The notes beneath the pieces are model-generated. The model did no database searches and was not told the origin of the DNA. It worked only from the letters and a program-made list of their open reading frames with translations. From Candidatus Sulfomarinibacteraceae bacterium (GTDB taxonomy: Bacteria > Acidobacteriota > Thermoanaerobaculia > Thermoanaerobaculales > Sulfomarinibacteraceae), in the NCBI GenBank assembly GCA_963796455.1, contig CAWCLO010000004.1, positions 864,001 through 928,000 of the forward strand: 64,000 bases of DNA. Direction: 5' to 3'. The position numbers and the translations under genes are program-made. Positions 58,407 to 64,000 of this stretch are shown here, piece by piece. Positions within the stretch are counted from its first letter, which is position 1; each line of letters opens with the position of its first letter.

Positions 58407-59246
58407 ATGAAACGACTGGAAGACCAGGTCGTCTTGATTTCGGGTTGTTCAACGGGCATCGGCAGAGCTCTGGCGATCGAGTTCGCCGACCGCGGTCACC
58501 GTGTCATGGCAACTGCACGAAAGCTCGAGAGCCTTGAAGATCTGCAACACCCAGGGTTCGAGAAGGTGAAGCTCGATGTGACGTCTGAGTCCGATATCAA
58601 GGCCGCCATGACCGCGACTCTCGACTGGACCGGCAGGATTGACATTCTGGTCAACAACGCGGGCTATGGGCTCATCGGACCGATGGCCGAAATCGACCTC
58701 AACAACCTGCGAAGCCAATTTGAAACAAATGTCGTTGGTCTGGTGGCACTGACTCAGGCTGTGCTGCCGGGGATGATCAAGAGGAAATCCGGCAGGATCG
58801 TCAATATCGGCAGCGTGTCGGGGGTGGCCGCTGCCCCCTTCGGCGGCGCCTATTCCGGCAGCAAGGCTGCGGTCCATTTGCTTTCGGATGCGCTCCGCGT
58901 GGAGGTCGCGCCTTTCGGGGTGGAGGTGATCACCGTACAGCCGGGTGCCATCGCGACGGATTTCGCTTCGACCGCGAGCCGCGGAATCGATTGTTATTGC
59001 GATGGGTCCCGCTACGCAGAGGTCTTCGATGCGATCGAAATGAGGGCGAAATTTTCCGACCATGTTTCGATTCCGATCGCAGATTTCGCCCGCCGGGTCG
59101 TAGAGGCTGTGACGAGGGGTCGACCACCCGCGATCTATCGCCTCGGTGCCGGGTCACGAGCGCTGCCCTTGCTGGCGAAGTTGCCCACGTGGCTGCGTGA
59201 TCGCATTCTCTCCCGCCGATTCGGGTTGGGAAGACTTGCGGGATAG
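58407..59246 (+). CDS. Short-chain dehydrogenase/reductase
   Basis: SGCSTGIG, VNNAG, YSGSK. Confidence 0.95.
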   Translation: MKRLEDQVVLISGCSTGIGRALAIEFADRGHRVMATARKLESLEDLQHPGFEKVKLDVTSESDIKAAMTATLDWTGRIDILVNNAGYGLIGPMAEIDLNNLRSQFETNVVGLVALTQAVLPGMIKRKSGRIVNIGSVSGVAAAPFGGAYSGSKAAVHLLSDALRVEVAPFGVEVITVQPGAIATDFASTASRGIDCYCDGSRYAEVFDAIEMRAKFSDHVSIPIADFARRVVEAVTRGRPPAIYRLGAGSRALPLLAKLPTWLRDRILSRRFGLGRLAG

Positions 59247-59447
59247 CCTATGGGGTTATAAAGCCATGGGCGGGCCATGACTCGCGTCAGCGAAGACAAA
59301 CGGCGTGTGCGTCGGGATCTAAGCCGGGGTTTTCGACCGGCCATAGCCTCATAGCCCCATAGCCCCATAGCCCCATTGCTTCATTGCCCCGCAGCCTCCA
59401 CCGTTCGAGTACAATACCCGCGCCGCGACTGCGGCCCGAGGAGCATC

Positions 59448-60632
59448 ATGATCAACGAAAACGAACTCGAATTGTGGGCAGGCTTTCTGCTCGACCATTC
59501 CCTCGGCGGAATCACCGCCGACGACCGGGTGATGATCAAGGGCGAGGCCGTGTGCTGGCCGCTGATGGCGGTCCTTGAACGCAAGGTCATCGAAGCCGGT
59601 GGGGTCCCTGATGTTTTTCTGGTGCCGCCGAATAACGAGCGCGGCCGGGTGTGGTCGGCGACCATGGCCCGAGGCGGATCGCCGCAACAATTGGCGAGTG
59701 TCCCGGATTGGCATGGCGAGCGCTACGAAAGCATGACCAAATATGTCGAGGTTCTCGGATCTGAGGACCCAAACCAATTCATGGGTCTGCCCGCAGAACA
59801 GGCGCAGGCCCTGGCCGCAGCGGATCGACCCTTTGCTAACACCCGGCTTTCCAAGTCCTGGGTGATCACTCTCTTTCCGACCGCCGCCTCGGCCGAACTC
59901 GAAGAGATGGACTACAACGAATACGAGCGCTTTATCGTCGCTGCATCGACCACTGATCCGCGCCCTCTCCTCGAGGCCGAAAAGAAATTGGCGCCGGTCA
60001 TCGATAACGGAACCTCCGTCCGGATCGTGACCGAGCATCCTCACGAAAAACGTGATCTGGTTCTGGAAATCGATATCTCCCACGGCCACGCCGTGATGTC
60101 ATACGGGCTGCGAAACTTCCCCGACGGCGAGATCTTCACCAGCCCGAGTGCCAACGCGACCAGGGGCGAGATATTTGTCGATCTTCCGGTTAACTACGGC
60201 GGCAACGACATCGAGGGGATCTATCTGAAATTCACCGATGGTTTGATCGTCGATTACAAGGCCGATGTCGGGCACGAACACCTCAGTGCGATCATCGAAA
60301 CCGACGAAGGCTCGCACCGGCTCGGTGAGGTCGCCCTCGGGATGAACCCCGGCCTCGACAAGGTCCTTAAACACCCGCTTTTTGTCGAAAAGGTCGGCGG
60401 AACCCTTCACATCGCGATCGGAGCCAGCTACGAGGATTGCTATGTCAAGGACGCAAGCACCGACGAGGGCAAGACGAAGATCGCCGAGCTCGCGGAAGCA
60501 GGCATCCTCAACCGATCGGCTCAACACGTCGACATCGTGACGGATTTCAGACCCGGCGGTTGCGGGCGTTCGGTCCAAGTAGATGAGGTGGTGCTCGAGC
60601 CGCGCAACGGTGTGTGGGAGGTAGCGGAATGA
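59448..60632 (+). CDS. M29 aminopeptidase (AmpS/AmpT-like)
   Basis: NFPDGEIFTSP, LGEVALG, EKVGGTLHIAIG.SY, SAQHVD. Confidence 0.92.
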   Translation: MINENELELWAGFLLDHSLGGITADDRVMIKGEAVCWPLMAVLERKVIEAGGVPDVFLVPPNNERGRVWSATMARGGSPQQLASVPDWHGERYESMTKYVEVLGSEDPNQFMGLPAEQAQALAAADRPFANTRLSKSWVITLFPTAASAELEEMDYNEYERFIVAASTTDPRPLLEAEKKLAPVIDNGTSVRIVTEHPHEKRDLVLEIDISHGHAVMSYGLRNFPDGEIFTSPSANATRGEIFVDLPVNYGGNDIEGIYLKFTDGLIVDYKADVGHEHLSAIIETDEGSHRLGEVALGMNPGLDKVLKHPLFVEKVGGTLHIAIGASYEDCYVKDASTDEGKTKIAELAEAGILNRSAQHVDIVTDFRPGGCGRSVQVDEVVLEPRNGVWEVAE

Positions 60633-61762
60633 GTGGCGACACACTTCGCCCGCTCCAGGACATCACGCCTCCGGAGATCTTCAAGGAGCTGGAGAAGGGT
60701 GTTCTCGGGCAAAACACCGCGCTGCGTTTTGCCTCGGTCGCGGTCTACAAACACACCACGGGGAAGGTGCCCGGCAACATTCTTCTGATCGGCAACTCGG
60801 GCACGGGCAAGACGACGATCATGAACAACATCCAACGGATGTATCACGACGTCGCCGAGTATCGCCCGTTCCGTGCGATGACGATCATCAACGCCAACCT
60901 CCTGGTCGACTCGGAACGGATGGAGTTCCAACCGGCCCGGCTCCTGGAGGCAGTTGAACAACGTGCCCTTGCCCTGGTCGGAGAGAACCCGAGCCCGAAG
61001 GAACTCAAGGAGACGATGGAACGGGCGACCATCTGCATCGACGAAATCGACAAGATGTCCTCGATCGTCGCGGGCAAGCCGAACCCCATCGGGGTCGTGC
61101 TGCAACAGGGGCTGCTGACCCTCATGGAGGGGGAGGTGGTCACTTACAAAACCTTCGCCACGGTCGACGGAGAGGAAAAGGCGGTGACCTTGGCCATCGA
61201 CACCCGCCATATGATGTTCATCTGCGGCGGCGCCTTTGAAGGCCTCTACGACCAGGTTTATCTCCGGGTGATCAACCCGTCGAGCGGTGAAAAACTCAAA
61301 AGCCAGGCCATCCAGATGGCGGACGGGCAGGTGCGGATCGAAACTCGTTTTGCACTGGCTGATTTTCTCAAACCCGAAGACCTCTTCGAGTTCGGCATGG
61401 TGCCGCAGTTCATGGCTCGCTTTGACAACGTGGTTTTGCTGCGAGACCTCGATGTCGCGGTGCTCAAGGAGATCCTGCTCAGGTCCCTCGATTCGCCCTA
61501 CGTCCGTTCCAAGGCCTTTTTTGAGGTTATGAACATCAATCTCGAACTTGAGGAGGTTGCTGCGGCGATGATCGCGGAGAATGCCGAGCTCAATATCCGA
61601 ACCGGCGCGCGTGCCCTGCGGACGGTGTTCAACAAGATCATCAACCGGCTCGAATTCGATCCCTGGCAACACGAGGGCCTGGAAAAGACCGCAGATGGCG
61701 GCTATCGGCTCGTGATTACCCAGGACATGGCGCGGCGGGCGATCGGTGGCAACGGCGGCTGA
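60629..61762 (+). CDS. ClpX-like AAA+ ATPase lacking the N-terminal zinc domain
   Basis: GNSGTGKT, IDEIDK, QQGLLTLMEG, FICGGAF, TGARALR. Confidence 0.88.
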   Translation: MSGDTLRPLQDITPPEIFKELEKGVLGQNTALRFASVAVYKHTTGKVPGNILLIGNSGTGKTTIMNNIQRMYHDVAEYRPFRAMTIINANLLVDSERMEFQPARLLEAVEQRALALVGENPSPKELKETMERATICIDEIDKMSSIVAGKPNPIGVVLQQGLLTLMEGEVVTYKTFATVDGEEKAVTLAIDTRHMMFICGGAFEGLYDQVYLRVINPSSGEKLKSQAIQMADGQVRIETRFALADFLKPEDLFEFGMVPQFMARFDNVVLLRDLDVAVLKEILLRSLDSPYVRSKAFFEVMNINLELEEVAAAMIAENAELNIRTGARALRTVFNKIINRLEFDPWQHEGLEKTADGGYRLVITQDMARRAIGGNGG

Positions 61763-61873
61763 CATCGAGGGCTGAGGATTTGATCTCAACCGTTCCCGGT
61801 TTGCCTTGTCCCTGAGAATAAAATCCAATCTCAATATGCTAGAGTGTCCTCAACAAAGTCTGTGGGGGGATCA

Positions 61874-64000
61874 ATGAGCATCGAGGTCGGAGCGAAACTG
61901 GGTCCGTACGAGATTGAAGAGGCGATCGGCGCCGGCGGCATGGGCGAGGTCTACAAGGCCCGCGACACCCGCCTCGATCGATCGGTCGCGATCAAGGTCC
62001 TGCCGGCCCACCTCGCCGAGAGCCCCGAACTGCGGCAGCGTCTCGAACGCGAGGCCAAGGCCGTTTCAAGCCTCTCGCACCCGAACATCTGTCCTCTGTA
62101 CGACATCGGCCACGAGGACGGCGTCGACTACCTGGTCATGGAATTCATCGATGGCGAGACTCTCGGCGATCGTCTTGCAAAGGGCCCTCTTGCGCTCGAG
62201 GAGACTCTGAAAATAGGCGTCCAAATCGCGGATGCTCTCGAGAAGGCCCACCGGCAGGGGATTGTTCATCGTGATCTCAAGCCTGGCAACATCATGCTCT
62301 CGGGTGGGACCGCCAAGCTGCTCGATTTCGGTCTCGCCAAGGCCGACAACGCCTCCGGTGATGAGAATGATCTCACCCGGACGCCGACTGTCAGCCAACC
62401 GTTGACGGCCGCTGGCACGGTGCTCGGAACATATCAGTACATGGCGCCCGAACAGCTCGAGGGCAAGGAAGCCGATGCGAGAACGGATATCTTTTCGCTC
62501 GGGGCGGTGCTCTACGAAATGGCCGCGGGGAGGAGAGCGTTCGAGGCCGCCACTCAGGCGAGCATGATCGGTGCCATCATGCACGAAACGCCGGCGCCCA
62601 TCTCTTCGATGCAACCGATGACCCCTCCGGCCTTTGACCGCGTGGTCCAGACCTGTCTTGCCAAGGACCCCGAAGAACGCTGGCAGACGGCGCACGACGT
62701 CAAGCTCCAACTCCAGTGGATTGCCGAAGGTGGGTCGGTCGTCGGCTTGCCGGCGCCCGTTGCCGCGCGGCGGAAGTCACGCGAGAGACTGGCCTGGGCG
62801 ATGGCCGCGGTGGCCGCCGTTGCGGCGGCGCTCTTTGCAGTTGGATATTTTCTCCGTGCGCCGGAGACACCCCGCCAGGTGCGCTTCGAGATCGCCCCTC
62901 AGGCGGGGCTGAGCACCATCGGTTCTCCGCGACTCTCGCCGGATGGAAGGACCCTTGCGTTTCATGGTGTGGATTCCATGGGCAAATCGCAGATCTGGGT
63001 TCGCGATCTGGACAGTCTCGAAGCGCGACCGGTTGCGGGCACCGAGGAAACCCGGACCGTGAGTCAAAACGAATCGCGGCCGATCTGGTCGCCCGACAGC
63101 AAGTACATTGCGTTTTTTGTAGGCAACAAGCTCAAAAAGGTGCCGGTGGCCGGCGGACCGGCGCAGACGATCTGTGAGGCCGATGGCGCGGACGGAAGCT
63201 GGAGCAGCACCGGAGAGATCGTTTTTGACGGTGATGCCCAGGCCCCGCTGCTCAGGGTCGCGGCCACGGGCGGCATCCTCAAGACCGAGGTCGATCTCGA
63301 CGAAGATCAAGGTATCGTCTCGGTCGGCTGGCCGGAGTTTCTTCCCGACGGCAAACGGTTCGTCTACATTTCGGAGGATGCGGATGGCGCCGAGACCATC
63401 ATGTTGCACACCCTCGACGAGGAAGGGGACGTCCCTTTGACGCTGGCGGACTCCCGGGTTCAGTATGCCGAACCGGGCTATTTGATTTACGTGCTCGACG
63501 GCATGCTGGTGGCTCACCCCTTTGACGCCGGTAGGGGCGAACTGACCGGCGACCCCTTGCCGTTGGCTGACAATATCGGCTCGAGTGCGGTGGGGTTGGC
63601 AGACTTTTCGGCTTCGAATGACGGCACTCTGGCTTTCCGAAGCGGGGAGTCCGGAGGCCGCCAGTTGAGGTGGTTCGATCGTGCCGGGAGGGCGATGGGA
63701 GATCTCGCCGACGCGGACGAGTTCCGGACTTTTCGAGTATCGCCCGACGGAAAGCATGTGGCCACCCAGATCTTCGATACCGACGCGGGACACAGCGATC
63801 TCTGGATTCACGATCTGGAACGGGGGGTGGCGTCGCGCTTCACCTTTGATCCCGGCGCGGACTATGCACCGTTGTGGAGCCCCGACGGAAAAAGCATCAT
63901 ATACACATCCCGCAACGAAGAGACCCGACAGATCAAACGGAAGGAAGCGTCGGGCGCCGGTGCGGCCGAAATCGTTTTTGCGACGGAACAGAACGTCACT
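61874..64000 (+). CDS. Hanks-type Ser/Thr kinase with TM and TolB/PD40 beta-propeller (runs off the window)
   Basis: GAGGMGEVY, VAIKVL, HRDLKPGN, DFGLAK, YMAPE; repeated WSPDG motifs. Confidence 0.95.
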   Translation, partial: MSIEVGAKLGPYEIEEAIGAGGMGEVYKARDTRLDRSVAIKVLPAHLAESPELRQRLEREAKAVSSLSHPNICPLYDIGHEDGVDYLVMEFIDGETLGDRLAKGPLALEETLKIGVQIADALEKAHRQGIVHRDLKPGNIMLSGGTAKLLDFGLAKADNASGDENDLTRTPTVSQPLTAAGTVLGTYQYMAPEQLEGKEADARTDIFSLGAVLYEMAAGRRAFEAATQASMIGAIMHETPAPISSMQPMTPPAFDRVVQTCLAKDPEERWQTAHDVKLQLQWIAEGGSVVGLPAPVAARRKSRERLAWAMAAVAAVAAALFAVGYFLRAPETPRQVRFEIAPQAGLSTIGSPRLSPDGRTLAFHGVDSMGKSQIWVRDLDSLEARPVAGTEETRTVSQNESRPIWSPDSKYIAFFVGNKLKKVPVAGGPAQTICEADGADGSWSSTGEIVFDGDAQAPLLRVAATGGILKTEVDLDEDQGIVSVGWPEFLPDGKRFVYISEDADGAETIMLHTLDEEGDVPLTLADSRVQYAEPGYLIYVLDGMLVAHPFDAGRGELTGDPLPLADNIGSSAVGLADFSASNDGTLAFRSGESGGRQLRWFDRAGRAMGDLADADEFRTFRVSPDGKHVATQIFDTDAGHSDLWIHDLERGVASRFTFDPGADYAPLWSPDGKSIIYTSRNEETRQIKRKEASGAGAAEIVFATEQNVT

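Overview
GC-rich bacterial chromosomal segment. The gene inventory and C-terminal protein tags suggest Acidobacteriota (Thermoanaerobaculia-like), but this is inference only. Bases 1 to ~14,930 are a large sedentary integron. It has 24 near-identical 68-75 bp attC sites plus 2 attC-like sites of a different type, separating about 25 minus-strand cassettes, and the array probably continues past the left edge. At its right end lie a DUF4160/DUF2442 toxin-antitoxin-like pair with a nonsense mutation and a 5'-truncated, frameshifted intI, which is co-oriented with the cassettes (reverse-type layout). Integrase-proximal cassettes are decayed while distal ones are intact. The rest is mostly housekeeping and accessory genes: K+ channel, two tandem PQQ-type sugar dehydrogenases, AlkA and YcaQ glycosylases, GMC oxidase, M23 peptidase, GHMP kinase, BON-LysM, HerA-like ATPase, Memo, ispG, DUF2298 and GT2, ArsS-type radical SAM with its CMD partner, MltF, a divergent ImcH-like and 23-heme CbcL-like cytochrome pair, a 1587-aa acyl-CoA ligase/kinase-like/GNAT fusion, SDR, M29 aminopeptidase, an atypical ClpX-like ATPase and a Ser/Thr kinase. 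Several intergenic gaps hold two families of composite non-coding repeat elements. Family assignments come from motif recognition by eye; no database searches were run.
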